From Rhynchopus sp. YZ270_cl-10 (Eukaryota), in the NCBI GenBank assembly GCA_964035575.1, contig OZ037834.1, forward strand, positions 682,001 to 746,000: a stretch of DNA of 64,000 nt, written 5' to 3'. Under the pieces are notes generated by a model. The model had not been told where the DNA came from, did no database searches, and worked only from the letters and a program-made list of their open reading frames with translations. Both the position numbers and the translations under genes were made by a program. Of the stretch, positions 1 through 10,754 are shown piece by piece. Each line of letters begins with the position of its first letter. Within the stretch, counting starts at the first letter, position 1.

Positions 1-1211
1 TGCTCATGATGGTGATGGTGCTGTCTCTCCTCAATTCAAGGCTGAGCAAGAGTTGAAAGAGCTCAAGGAGAAGGAGACGGAGAAGGCAAAGGTAAGGGCA
101 ACAGTGGATAAGCTGGAACAACAGCTGAACGAGCTGCGTACGCAGGTCATCACTTGCCAGAAGGGTCTACAGGAGAGGGTGGCAGGAACTGGTGGAGACT
201 CACTACTTGCTGCGTTTGATCAATGCGATGGCACTGATGCCGTAGCTGCAGCATACGTCGCCAAGATCGCCGAGCTCAAGAAGGAGCAGATGGTATGTGT
301 CACTTGCTTTGCACACCTATATTCATTTCATCTTTCTAGCATGACCCATTCTTTCCTTTTATTTGTTGTGGGTTGCAAAGTTGGCACTGGAGGTGCACAG
401 TGTGGCGTAACTTTGCTTTTTATTGTTGTTTCTGGTGCCAACCATTCTTTCCACTATTCAGAGCATCATGGAGCGGATTGCAGTGCATGAGCAGTGGATT
501 GTAGCACATGAGCAGCAGAAGGCAGCGGACAAGAGACAGCTGACGCTGACGATGGAAGCTGCACTAGGGAATGTAGTTGGGACAGACCCCACTATGTTTA
601 ACGCAGATCGCATTGCAAGCACAAAAGCAAGTGACATACCGCAGTGGAGGGGGGTGGCGAAGACTTTGTGCGAAGTGTGCGGTTCGCGTGCCTCCCTCTC
701 AAGAGCACACATCATTGCTCGTGAGGAGGATGCGAAGCAGTTCAACGTTGACTACTTTGGGACAAACAATTTCCTTTGCCTTTGCGGCAACAGGGACATG
801 CCGACACACAAGGGCGGACCCGATGATGGGAGACAGACGTGCCATTTTATGTTTTCCAGGAAGATCATGTCGTTTCTGCACGTCCTCGATGATACGACAG
901 GTACACAGTTCGTTGCTGTAGGGGGACCGCATCACGGACAGGTGGTTACCTTCGCACGCAAGCCTCATAAACGAGTACTGCTTTCCCACTTCCTACACTG
1001 CATGAAGAACACCAGCCTGCAGACACGTGAAGGAGAGGTGGTGACGTCGATAGCGATGTTGGGCAAGCCTGCACTCACTGCGGACCACATACAGCAGTGG
1101 GTAGCTGCAACGACACTCCCGCAAGAACTGAACCAAACCGGCACAGAACACTCCCCTCCCGTGTCTGCACGCAGTTGGCAGCACTGTCAAGAGCAGCCAC
1201 ACACCTGCTGA
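1..1211 (+). CDS. Coiled-coil + HNH-type (His-Me finger) endonuclease; 5' end just outside the window; exons <1-292 and 462-1211
   Basis: The frame is open from base 2 to the donor ATG|GTATGT at 293. The acceptor TTCAG at 461 gives an in-frame join (KKEQM|SIMER). Motif CEVC..RAHII..NNFLCLCG..TCHFMF matches the HNH_2 pattern. The N-terminus AHDGD resembles SGHDGE of the paralog at 2048. Confidence 0.65.
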
Positions 1212-1618
1212 CTTCACCCACAATGACCATGAAGAGCTCCAAGCAGCAGCTACGCAAACACTACACCACGGAGAACAAGAAACCGCAATTGAAGTGGCAC
1301 CTGCTCTGTGTTGTGCCATGGCTGAGGAAGGTGGAGGATAGTGTTGTGCCTTCAATCAAGACAGGAGAAGTTAGTGGTTAGGTGGAAATGTTGGGAGCAA
1401 AGGTTGTGAACGTGATCTTCTGCAGAAAGTAAGTGGTGATGAAACGCCAGGTAGTGTTGTACACAACGTGGTTTTCTGCAAACGAGACATCCATAAAAAC
1501 CCAGGCTATGTAAAGTTTATGTGAAGTTCATGTACTGAAAGAGGCTGTATTGGGAATAAGGGGGTCCAAAGGGTGAATAACTCTGTAACTCTAACCCCCC
1601 AAAAAAAAACCCCCCCAG

Positions 1619-1790
1619 ATTGACGAGAACTGTACCGGTCTTGCGGTTCGTGCGGAGACTCAAATTCATGTAAGTGACCCGATAAGGGAGTCGCCACCTA
1701 ACAAAGTTCTAAAAAAAAAAAAGGGACCAATCCAAAAAACATCCCCCAGGGTACCCAGGATATGGCAAGTTTACGTGAAGTTTATACGAT
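1619..1790 (+). repeat. Conserved exon-like blocks downstream of HNH gene 1 (51-nt block 1619-1669, second block from 1750)
   Basis: ATTGACGAGAAC...AAATTCAT is identical to 2792-2842 and is flanked by CAG and GTAAGT. CCCCCAG|GGTACCCAGGATATGG matches the block starting at 2992. Confidence 0.85.
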
Positions 1791-2047
1791 GGGTTTCGTG
1801 AACACGAGTAGTCTGGCTGCTGTAATGACGAGGCTGATCTCATATGGTGTTGCAGAAGGGCTTGGATATCCGTCCTGCGATCTTCCACACACCACATCAC
1901 CACTGTGCAGTTTCTTCCCTTCCCCTTCCCCTTCACAAAACCCAACCCACCTCTATATCCAAAACCTTGCCCTGTAACAGTTGTTTTCCCCTGTTTTGAT
2001 TTCTGTCTGTTGTGTTTTGTTTTGTCCTCAACCCCTTTTCTCTAAGC

Positions 2048-2755
2048 ATGTCTGGTCATGATGGTGAGGAGCGAGCGCTGGCGTTGAACCCTCAACGGAA
2101 GGGTTGTGCAGGTACAGAACGTGTGCGTGGCATATTTGCACATTACAGAAAAGCTTCTGGTCAAAGCACAGGCAGTGCAGAACTAGACGAACTGGATATG
2201 TTCGCAACTCCCGGGTTCTTTTACCAGTTTCCGGTAGAAGTTATGGCAACAGATTACTCTGCTGGTGTTGATGTTCCTGACAGTGGGTCTAACTCACAGG
2301 ATGCTAAAGACTGGGTCAAGAAGCTTGTGAAGAAGTGCCAGATATGTGAGAAGGCTTCCCCACATCTGTCTGCTGTACACATTCTCAGAAGCCGCGCTGC
2401 GTGCGCCGACATGGGTCTGCACTACGGTGACGAGAGTAACTATCTTGTGCTCTGTGGAAATGAGGGAGAGAACACATGTCACGATGCTTTTGACAATGGC
2501 TGGGTAACATTCCTGAAGAAGAATGGCGAGTGGATGATTGTGGGGGGCGAATCCCACGGACAGATAAGAGATCTGGTGCAGCAGCCGAGACGCCGTGCCT
2601 TGCACACTCACTTGGCGTGGTGTGTCTCACGGAAAACATTGGCTTGCGTAATACGGGGTGCAGTAAGCAAGTGGCTACAGGAAGTCGACGACGCCCTGCA
2701 GCGAGGCGAAATCCCTGTTCCCCTTTCTCCACCGCCGAGCCCCAAAAGAAAATAA
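2048..2755 (+). CDS. HNH-type endonuclease, divergent paralog of the gene at 1-1211
   Basis: ATG at 2048 follows a pyrimidine tract and AG. Motif CQIC..AVHIL..SNYLVLCG..TCHDAFDNG; C-terminal GGESHGQ..PRRRALHTHLAWC parallels GGPHHGQ..PHKRVLLSHFLHC in gene 1. Confidence 0.65.
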   Translation: MSGHDGEERALALNPQRKGCAGTERVRGIFAHYRKASGQSTGSAELDELDMFATPGFFYQFPVEVMATDYSAGVDVPDSGSNSQDAKDWVKKLVKKCQICEKASPHLSAVHILRSRAACADMGLHYGDESNYLVLCGNEGENTCHDAFDNGWVTFLKKNGEWMIVGGESHGQIRDLVQQPRRRALHTHLAWCVSRKTLACVIRGAVSKWLQEVDDALQRGEIPVPLSPPPSPKRK

Positions 2756-2791
2756 AAGAACAAGCGAGCGATGGGGTTGCACAGGAGCTAG

Positions 2792-3030
2792 ATTGACGAG
2801 AACTGTACCGGTCTTGCGGTTCGTGCGGAGACTCAAATTCATGTAAATGACCCGACAAAGGTGGTCGTCAAAAAAACAAGCTAGTAATGGCTATCGGAAG
2901 GAAAACTATAAGGCCATAGAAAGTGTGTGTGAAGTTCACGTGCTGAGAGTGGCTGTATTGGACAGGCGCTCTCATAAAAAAAACCCCCCAGGGTATCCAG
3001 GATATGGGAAGTTTACGTGAAGTATATACA
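2792..3030 (+). repeat. Second copy of the conserved exon-like blocks, downstream of HNH gene 2
   Basis: Direct match to 1619-1685, 1505-1552 and 1743-1790. Confidence 0.85.
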
Positions 3031-3446
3031 GTGTGTTTCCATGAGGATGAGACTTGGTGTGGCTGAAGGGGTGTGATAAGTGTGATAATGTGCGATAAAG
3101 GATTTTGTGCTATTTTGGGGGGTCGTCGGCCACAGCAAGACTAAGAGTGGGAGCTGTTCCATTTTTTTTTTTTTAATGCGTTGTCGTTCTTGTGAGGGGT
3201 TTGTTCATTGCACCCTTGCCCATTTGATACCGTAGGCTTCCCCCCGCCTCCCCTCTTCCGCTCACCTTTCCTTCCTTCTGCAAAGAAGGTTTTGTGTTTT
3301 TTTTTTGTTATCCCCTCTAAACTTGCCGGTTCTTTTTTCTAATCACTATTACATGGTACAGCACACCCGCCCCCTTTTTTTTGCTCTCCCAAATTGCTCT
3401 CTCCCACCTGGACCCTAACAAACAGCGTACTCTGTCGTTCCTTGAC

Positions 3447-3466
3447 CTGGCAGGATCAACCAGGTT
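3447..3466 (-). pseudogene. 20-nt fragment identical to the 5' end of eukaryotic 18S rRNA
   Basis: The reverse complement reads AACCTGGTTGATCCTGCCAG. Confidence 0.6.
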
Positions 3467-3639
3467 TCTTGTCACTCTAATCGATAGGGGATTGCTCCCC
3501 TGAGATCAGTGATCAAAGAGCCTAATGACGGTTGATATATTCCGGCTTCACCTGACCTTGATAACTTTGCTACGCTATTCTATTCACAAAACCCCTCTTT
3601 TCCCCTAAAAGAATACACAGAACAAAAGGGGTGACAACG

Positions 3640-6113
3640 ATGAAGCGCTCGGCAAGCCAGGATGACACTCCGAAGCGTCTGCGGACCACCGCACACGAAG
3701 GCTGGCCGGCAGTGGAGCGTACCTGCCAGGGAAGTTTCCCTGTGAAGGCGTTCCCTGCTCAGGTATGTAGGCTGTAAAAAACAAACAAACAAACGACTGA
3801 TGTATAAACCAAAAAGCATACTGTAGTCAGACTAAGACACAGAGAGGCTTAGGGTCATCTGTTGCATTGCTCTTGTTTCCCTTCTCCCCTTTTTGCTTTT
3901 TGCTTCTTATCCCACACGACACCAACAGTACCGCAAGGTCGCCATCGACCCCTGGGCACAGGAGAACGCCACCCCCAAGCAGCTTGAGGACCTCAAGTTC
4001 AACCTCGACCTTTGCCGTGAGGCGCTCAGTATGTGTTTCCCCCTCGTGGAATGGATCCGTTGATGTGCTGCACACACACACACCTGCCCCCTCTCTCCCA
4101 CAGTCGCGTTCTCTGCGTCCGGGTCTGCCAGTGGCTACGGTGGGCACACTGGAGGTGCGTACGACACTGTCCCCGAGGTGGTCATCATCGACGCATTCTT
4201 CCGCGGATGGTATGTCTGGCACTACACCTTTTTCTTTTCTTTTCTTTTTGATACAACTTATTTGTCGGCACGGCGTTATTCGTTTTTTCGAACGTGCGTT
4301 CCGATGCTATGTCCACAAGCGCAGCTGAAAGGAGAAAATAGTATCCTCAGATACCAACCCCAACCTTTTTTTTTTCCTTTTACCTATCAGAGTTCCTTTT
4401 CCAAACCACCACCACCACCACCACACCAACCACCACAGCCCCGACAAATTCGTCCCCATCTTCTTCGACGAGGCAGGCCACCGTGTCATCACACAGTACA
4501 TGATGGCCGCCATCCGCGGCGACCTTCCTGCAGAGGATCTCTTCGACTACAGGAGGGGCTACTCCAGGCTCCCGGGGCACCCGGAGCTGGGGATGACCGA
4601 GGGGGTGCAGTTCTCCTCTGGCCGCCTGGGGCATATGTGGCCGTTTGTGAACGGTGTGGCGATGGCGCATCCGGATAAGGTGTGCATCTGCCTCGGATCT
4701 GACGGCTCCCAGCAGGAAGGTAACGACGCCGAAGCTGCCCGCCTCGCTGTCGCAAAGGGCCTCAAGGTGAAGCTCATCATCGACGACAACGACATCACCA
4801 TCACCGGCCACCCCTCCGACTACCTCCCTGGCTTTGACTGCCACAAAACCCTCGAGGGCCACGGTATGACCTCTTCCATCGTTGACGGGGAGGACTTCGC
4901 GGCGCTTTTCAAGGCAATCCGCGATTCGATCGTTCTCGATAAACCCAGCGGAGTTGTCGTCAGAAGAAAGATGGCGCCAGGGGTGAACGGAGTCGAGGGA
5001 ACAACAACCGGGCATGACGTTGTGCCGGCACAGCGTGCGATGGAGTATTTGACCGAGAGAGGACAGACAGAGGCGGTCGATGTCATTAAATCAGTGCAAA
5101 AGGCGAAGGCGCCGCAAACAAAGTACCTTGGTTCTGGAGACTCTGCAGCGATGCGTGGAAAGGTGGGTGAGGTTCTGGTCGACATTGTCTCAAAGTGGAC
5201 CCCCGAAGAACGTCGCGCAAAGGTGATGGCAATCGACTCCGATCTTGGGTCATCCACTTCTCTCGCGAAGCTTGCGCAGTTCAAAGAAATGTTCTGCCAC
5301 TCAGGGATCATGGAGAGAGGAAACTTCTCTGCCGCGGCAGGGTTCGGGATGGAGGAAGGGAAACAGGGCATTTTCAGCACCTTCGCCGCGTTTTTGGAAA
5401 TGATTATTTCTGAGGTAACCATGGCGCGTCTGAACAAAAGCAATGTACTGTGCCACTTCAGCCACTCTGGGGTGGATGACATGGCGGACAACACATGCCA
5501 CTTTGGGATCAACAATATGTTTGCCGACAACTCTCTCTCCGACGACGACTCGACCCGTCTGTACTTCCCCTGCGATACCAACCAGGTCGCCCGCATGCTT
5601 CCTGTCATCTTCTTCCACCCGGGGCTTCGGTTCCTCTTCACCACCCGCTCGAAGACGCCGACCATTCTCAAGGAGGACGGCACTCCATTCTACGGGCCCG
5701 ACTACAACTTCGTGTCCGGCAAAGATGACGTGATCCGCGAGGGTGTGGACGGCTACGTGATGTCCTTCGGGGACTGCCTCTACCGCTCCCTCGACGCTGT
5801 CGAGACGCTCAAGAAGGAAGGGCTCAACGTCGGACTCATCAACAAATCGACCCTCAACGTAGTGGACGAAGACATCCTTGCCAAGGTCTGCAAAACCAAA
5901 TTCCTCCTCATTGTCGAGCCCTTCAACACTAAGACCGGCCTTGGCGCACGCTACGGAACATGGATCCTCGAGCGTGGACTGTTCACGAAGTACGCGCACA
6001 TTGGTGTGCACCGTGAAGGAGCAGGTGGACTTTGGGAGCACGCATACCACCAGAAGTACGACTCGCTTTCGGTGCAGGCGAAGATTCGCTCCATGGTCTC
6101 TTCCAAGCTCTAA
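3640..6113 (+). CDS. Transketolase-family TPP-dependent enzyme with a PTS1 signal; exons 3640-3762, 3929-4028, 4104-4209, 4439-6113
   Basis: Three GTATGT...CAG introns give a continuous frame (FPAQ|YRKV; REAL-I-AFSASG; FFRG-C-PDKFVPIFFDEAGH). Motifs GHTGGAYD, LPGHPE, GSDGSQQEG..IDDN (TPP motif) and GIMERG. Ends SSKL*. Confidence 0.9.
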
Positions 6114-6135
6114 GCACGAAGAAAAACGAGAAAAA

Positions 6136-6210
6136 TGACAGAGATTTGCACAACCTGTGGCAACACAACCCGAGGCAACTACAATACTCCAACAATTTAT
6201 CGAAAAAACA
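6136..6210 (+). repeat. Dispersed ~70-nt repeat (ACAGTGGAGATTTGCACAACTGTGGCAACACAACCGAGGCAACTACACTACTCCAACAATTTATC family); further copies near 38818, 39568, 39742, 46901, 47359, 63145, 63317
   Basis: Aligned by eye; all copies are on the + strand. Confidence 0.85.
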
Positions 6211-6460
6211 AAGTGCGAAGATCTTCTGTGAGGTGTTGACAGTGTTCAGGCCTGACCTTACCGTTTTTTTTTTTTCAATTTTTTATCAGAAAAAAAGTGA
6301 TGACATTTTTTTTGTGTAAGACCCTACCTCGATGGGCGATTGTCGAAATAAAACTAAAAAAAAGAGGGGTGGAAAGCTCCATCATTTTACCCCCTCTCTC
6401 TCTCCCACCTAAAACACAAAACGATGAAGGATGGAAGATTTTTTTTTATTGCATTTTTTT

Positions 6461-6510
6461 AAGGTGACTAAGCACAGAGCGAGGCTTAGGATCATCTTAT
6501 AAACTTTTCT
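6461..6510 (+). repeat. Dispersed hairpin element AAGGTGACTAAGC-ACGAGAG-GCTTAGGATCATCTTATAAACTTTT; other copies at 3830, 11623, 11971, 47645, 48876, 57299, 61203
   Basis: Eight recognisable copies in the same orientation. The stem CTAAGC/GCTTAG plus AAGGTGA/TCATCTT is conserved in the six well-preserved copies. Confidence 0.9.
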
Positions 6511-7344
6511 TTTTTTTTTTTTTTTTGTTTCCCCCCCTCCTTCCCAACCTTTGTTTCTGTGAACAGAAACTCATATTTTATCAAAAAAAAAAAACCCCCC
6601 CTGTCATCGGACAGGTGATTGTCTAAGTCACAAAACAAAAGCATAGTCTAGCTAGCTCGTCCTCAGGGTGTCTACGCTAATGCAACAAAGTTTTCAGAAA
6701 AAAAATAAACAACAACAAAAAATCTCCTTCCCCTGGTACTGTATCAGTCACTGGGGTGCCTCATAATGCATGTTCGCAATCATTTTACCCTCTGTCCACC
6801 CCCCTTTTACCAATCTCAATCAGAAAAATAATTGAAATGGTATTCCAAGCGCCACAGAGAATGTATTATTTCCTCTTTTTTTTTCGGCCTCAACGAGGTT
6901 TTCCTCTTGGCCAGGTAGTCAGTGGGAGCGTATTGCAGTAATAAAAAATATCAACACAGAACATTTATTACACACTTTACGCACACACACAAAATTTTTT
7001 TTGTTTCGCGTCTGTGTCACCCCTCTATTTCTCTCCTCGCTCTCACCCTTCCTCACCCCTTTATCACTGTTTGCAAGGATCTCACATGGCTGAGGCCTTT
7101 CCCTCAGTTAAAAAGAAAACGTCAAAAAATTATAAATAGCAGATGTTTCCCCCTTTGTTTCCCTTCTCTTTTTTTCCTTCTCTTTTTTCGGCTTTTTTCT
7201 TTTCTAATCAAAACGTGGTCATTATCAGGTGGCAGTTTTTGCTTCATGTGTTCAGAGCTATTATTTTTTCTTTGATAAGAAGGAAGTGGGAGTACAGCTC
7301 AGGAATGGGATGGGGAGGAAAGGAGAGATAGTCCTAATGGTGAC

Positions 7345-7458
7345 AGTATTGTGATGGGAAGCCCATTGGAATACGCAAAAAAATGCATCAAAAAAATACA
7401 TCACAATGTATTTTGCTGTATTTTTTGCGTATTCCAATGGGCTTCCCATCACAATACT
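7345..7458. mobile_element. Palindromic MITE-like element
   Basis: Long perfect inverted arms AGTATTGTGATGGGAAGCCCATTGGAATACGCAAAAAA / TTTTTTGCGTATTCCAATGGGCTTCCCATCACAATACT. Confidence 0.7.
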
Positions 7459-8129
7459 ACCAGTAGGTAGTCCACCATCTGAGGGGAGCAGAAGGGGTGG
7501 GGTGGGGTAGGGGTAAAAGGATTAAAGTCGATTTTTAAGTCGAAAACACAGTTCAATCCAATGATACCATGCCCAACTCCCTCACCCGGAATGCTCAAAC
7601 CCCTTTTTTTTTTTCCTCTTTGGTGTACTTTGGAGGTTCGAAAAGCCTGCGGGTAAGCGGTGCGTGCGTCTGCCTAGAAACGGTAAGGCGTTTGCACTTT
7701 TCAACCTTTCTTCTTTGCGTAGTATTATCGAATTTTTTCAAAAAAGGGGGAAAACAAGAAGAGAACGAAACAACCCCCCATCAGCAAGATGAAGGCAGCT
7801 ATTCCGAAGCAAAGAAAAACAGTATTTCTCTCCCACCCATTTTCTTTTCCCCCTCCTAACAACCTCTCATGTCTTGTGGAGTATCTTTCCAGTAGGTTAT
7901 GGGAGATGAGACGTGGCGTTTTTCAGCGCTGTTTCAGCGCCGCGGATTGCTGTACACTGCGTCCAACCCCTCCCTCTAAGTGTTATTTACGCAACACAAG
8001 ACAACACAACACAACACGCTACAGGTAATTTTACTGCAAAAAGAAAAAAAGAGAACTTTGCACACACACACACACACAAGAGCGAACCTACCTACCCGCT
8101 CACCCTTTCTTCTCCCTGCCTGTGGTTTG

Positions 8130-10754
8130 ATGCGGCAGAGCATGGCACTGCTGGCTCTGTGTGTGGGGTTGGTGCAGGGAAGCATCTACTCGCAGTACAC
8201 CCTGGACGGCCCTGAGGTGACGGACACGTTTGGGAGGACGAGCACAACGAAGAAGCTTGCGCTTGGGTCTGGCAGCAACGCAGTGTGTGGGAAGTCGTAC
8301 CACATGCGGAGCGGGGACTTCATCAGCCTGAAGGAGGGGAACGGGGCACCCACTGGGAACGTTGACTTTTCAATTGCGGGCTACGTGAAGCCTGTGGTGC
8401 TCAGCAAGGAACGCACGCTGTTCACACTTGGTGGGACGGACAGGGCTTCGGACAGGTCACGTGACAACTGGGGTGCGTGGGTGATGGTGGACTCTAGTGG
8501 AGGGCTGAGTGTGCGCACGCCGCTCATTCGTGTGAGGAGCAGTGGAAAGGTTGTGGTGGGTGTGTGGCACCAGGTTGTGTTGACGTACACAGCTGCAGAG
8601 ACAATGCTGCGGCTGTGGGTCGACGACAAGCTTGTGCTGTCGGAAAGTGCGACGATGGACCTGCAGCAGAGTTCGAGGTACGGCGGGATGGCGATTGGGG
8701 AGTACCACCTGGGGGGCTCAAAGAAGTCGCGTTTTGGCGAGTTCTTTGTCGACCAGGTGAGCTTTGCGGACCACGTGATGACGCCACAGGAGGCACGTGC
8801 GCCGTGCCTGGGTGGAGGTGCTCCGGTGACGGAAGTGCCATCGACATCGGCACCCGCACCCGCAACAGAGGCACCACAGACTGAGCCTCCCCGCACATCA
8901 GCACCACGCACCAACTCTCCTCCCACGTCTGCACCACCAACACAGCCCCCAGCAACCGAGGCTCCCGGCACACCTGCGACGCCGGTACCGTCCACGTCCA
9001 CACCACCTTCGACACCGCCAACAAGCCAGCCACCACGCGTGTTCCTGATGGCAGGCCAGTCGAACATGGTTGGCCACGGAAAGACGGCAGACCTGAAGAA
9101 CTACCTGTCCCTGCGCACGGACCTGCTTGAGACACGCAGCGATGTGTTTGCAAAGTCGATCATTGAGCGCGCACGCGGGACAGGCGGGCTTGGGCCTTTC
9201 TATGGTTCAGATTTCGGGCCGGAGCTGGGCTTCGGGCACGTGCTGGGGGACGCACTGTCGGAGGACGTGTACCTGTTCAAGGCGTCGAAGGGGGGCACGC
9301 AGATTGCACGGGCAGACCACTGGTCGCCGACAGGAGACGCAGACAACCTGTACGCGCAGATGGTGGCCGGGTTTGCGGCGTTCCGTGCGACGCTGCCTGC
9401 GGACCACGTTGTGTCTGGGTTTGTGTGGTCGCAGGGCTACAACGACGGCTTCGCGGATGCAGACGCGAACGGCTACGAGGCGGCACTCATAAAGCTGATT
9501 GCTGCTGTGCGGGCGGAGGTGGGTGTGCCTGCCCTCCCTGTGGTGGTGGTGCAGGGGAACGACAACCAGGGGGCGCTTGGGGACGTGATCCGCCGTGCGC
9601 AGGCGGGAGTGGCGACGGCGGACGCACACGCGGACTGGGTTCCCTCGGACGACCTGTACCACTACTACCACTACGACGGGGGGTCGATGGTCGCGATCGG
9701 GGAGCGTGCGGGGCGTGCGATGCTGCCCCTCCTGGGTGTGTCTGCGGCGGGGGCGTTCCCAGACGTGTACGTGGCTGTGTTGGGTGCGGTGCTGCAGGTG
9801 GACGCTGCAGAGGGTGTGCTTGCAAACGACCGTGGTGTGGCGGCACAGGGCGCGCAGGCTGTTGTGACTGCGGCCCCGGCACACGGGACACTGCACCTTG
9901 GCGCCAGCGGGGGCTTTGTGTACACACCGGCGGCTGCGTTTGTTGGGCGCGACACGTTCTCGTACACGGTTGTGCAGAACGGGGTGGCAGGGTCCGCTGC
10001 GGAGGTGGAGGTGTGGGTCGAGACACAGGACGCGGCTGCAGAGCACCTCATCCTGCACTACGCGTTTGAGTCTGCAGGTGTGCTTGTGTCGCCGTCGGCA
10101 GCACCGTTGGCTGTGTACGACAGCACGAAGCACGTGCTGGCGTACGTGGACCCCTCTGGCGTGTCTGTGGGTGTGCCCGGCGGTGTGTCTGGGAACTGTG
10201 CAGAGCTGTCGGGCAGGCAGGGTGCGTGGAACAACGGCCACATGAAGGTGCAGATGGCCCCGATGCCGGCCTTCCTGCTGCTGCGCGAGGACGACGTCAC
10301 CGTGAGCACGTGGGTCAAGATCGCTGCAAAAGGGGACGTCGGGAACATGCCCATCTTCTCGAACGCAGGGCGCCCGAACTCGCCTGGGCTCACGCTCCTG
10401 ACGGCAGGGGCTGGGAAGTCGTTCAAGACTGTTGTGTACGCACGCGACGGGGAGCAGGTGACGGTTGCAGGGAACACTGCACACCCGATTGACGACGGCG
10501 AGTGGCACCACGTGGCTGCTGTGGTGTCGCGCGCGACGGACACTGCAACGAACTACGTGGACGGGGTGGCAGTGGCAACAGCAAGCATCGCAGGTGTGGT
10601 GGGGCTGTTCGAGGAGGGCTACTACACGCGCTTTGGGGGTGTTGCCTGGCTTGGGAAGTACAACAAGTTTGTGGGGCACATGGACGAGATGCGGGTGTAC
10701 CGTGCTGCACTGTCTCCGTCGCAGGTTGCCCAGTTGTATGCAGACCGGATGTGA
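8130..10754 (+). CDS. Secreted protein: signal peptide, LamG/ConA-like domain, Pro/Thr linker, SGNH acetylesterase (SASA/CE6-like), bacterial Ig/cadherin-like repeat, C-terminal LamG
   Basis: Signal peptide MRQSMALLALCVGLVQG. Esterase motifs VFLMAGQSNMVG, FGPELGFG, WSQGYND, HYD. Ig-like GVLAND..PAHGTL..FVYTP..GRDTFSYTV. LamG motifs WHHVAAV..YVDGV..MDEMRVY. Intronless and GC-rich. Confidence 0.85.
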   Translation: MRQSMALLALCVGLVQGSIYSQYTLDGPEVTDTFGRTSTTKKLALGSGSNAVCGKSYHMRSGDFISLKEGNGAPTGNVDFSIAGYVKPVVLSKERTLFTLGGTDRASDRSRDNWGAWVMVDSSGGLSVRTPLIRVRSSGKVVVGVWHQVVLTYTAAETMLRLWVDDKLVLSESATMDLQQSSRYGGMAIGEYHLGGSKKSRFGEFFVDQVSFADHVMTPQEARAPCLGGGAPVTEVPSTSAPAPATEAPQTEPPRTSAPRTNSPPTSAPPTQPPATEAPGTPATPVPSTSTPPSTPPTSQPPRVFLMAGQSNMVGHGKTADLKNYLSLRTDLLETRSDVFAKSIIERARGTGGLGPFYGSDFGPELGFGHVLGDALSEDVYLFKASKGGTQIARADHWSPTGDADNLYAQMVAGFAAFRATLPADHVVSGFVWSQGYNDGFADADANGYEAALIKLIAAVRAEVGVPALPVVVVQGNDNQGALGDVIRRAQAGVATADAHADWVPSDDLYHYYHYDGGSMVAIGERAGRAMLPLLGVSAAGAFPDVYVAVLGAVLQVDAAEGVLANDRGVAAQGAQAVVTAAPAHGTLHLGASGGFVYTPAAAFVGRDTFSYTVVQNGVAGSAAEVEVWVETQDAAAEHLILHYAFESAGVLVSPSAAPLAVYDSTKHVLAYVDPSGVSVGVPGGVSGNCAELSGRQGAWNNGHMKVQMAPMPAFLLLREDDVTVSTWVKIAAKGDVGNMPIFSNAGRPNSPGLTLLTAGAGKSFKTVVYARDGEQVTVAGNTAHPIDDGEWHHVAAVVSRATDTATNYVDGVAVATASIAGVVGLFEEGYYTRFGGVAWLGKYNKFVGHMDEMRVYRAALSPSQVAQLYADRM

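Noticed and set aside
3763..3928. TPP riboswitch or hammerhead ribozyme in transketolase intron 1
   Set aside because: No CTGAGA/CCTGAT aptamer core and no CTGATGA..GAAA core; the hairpin belongs to the dispersed family found elsewhere in the window.
7980..8129. Upstream extension of the esterase ORF (also the ORF-track starts at 423, 2012, 14999 and 44483)
   Set aside because: These starts are non-ATG codons in intronic or UTR-like DNA, or lie inside a TIR. The signal peptide begins at ATG 8130/15002.
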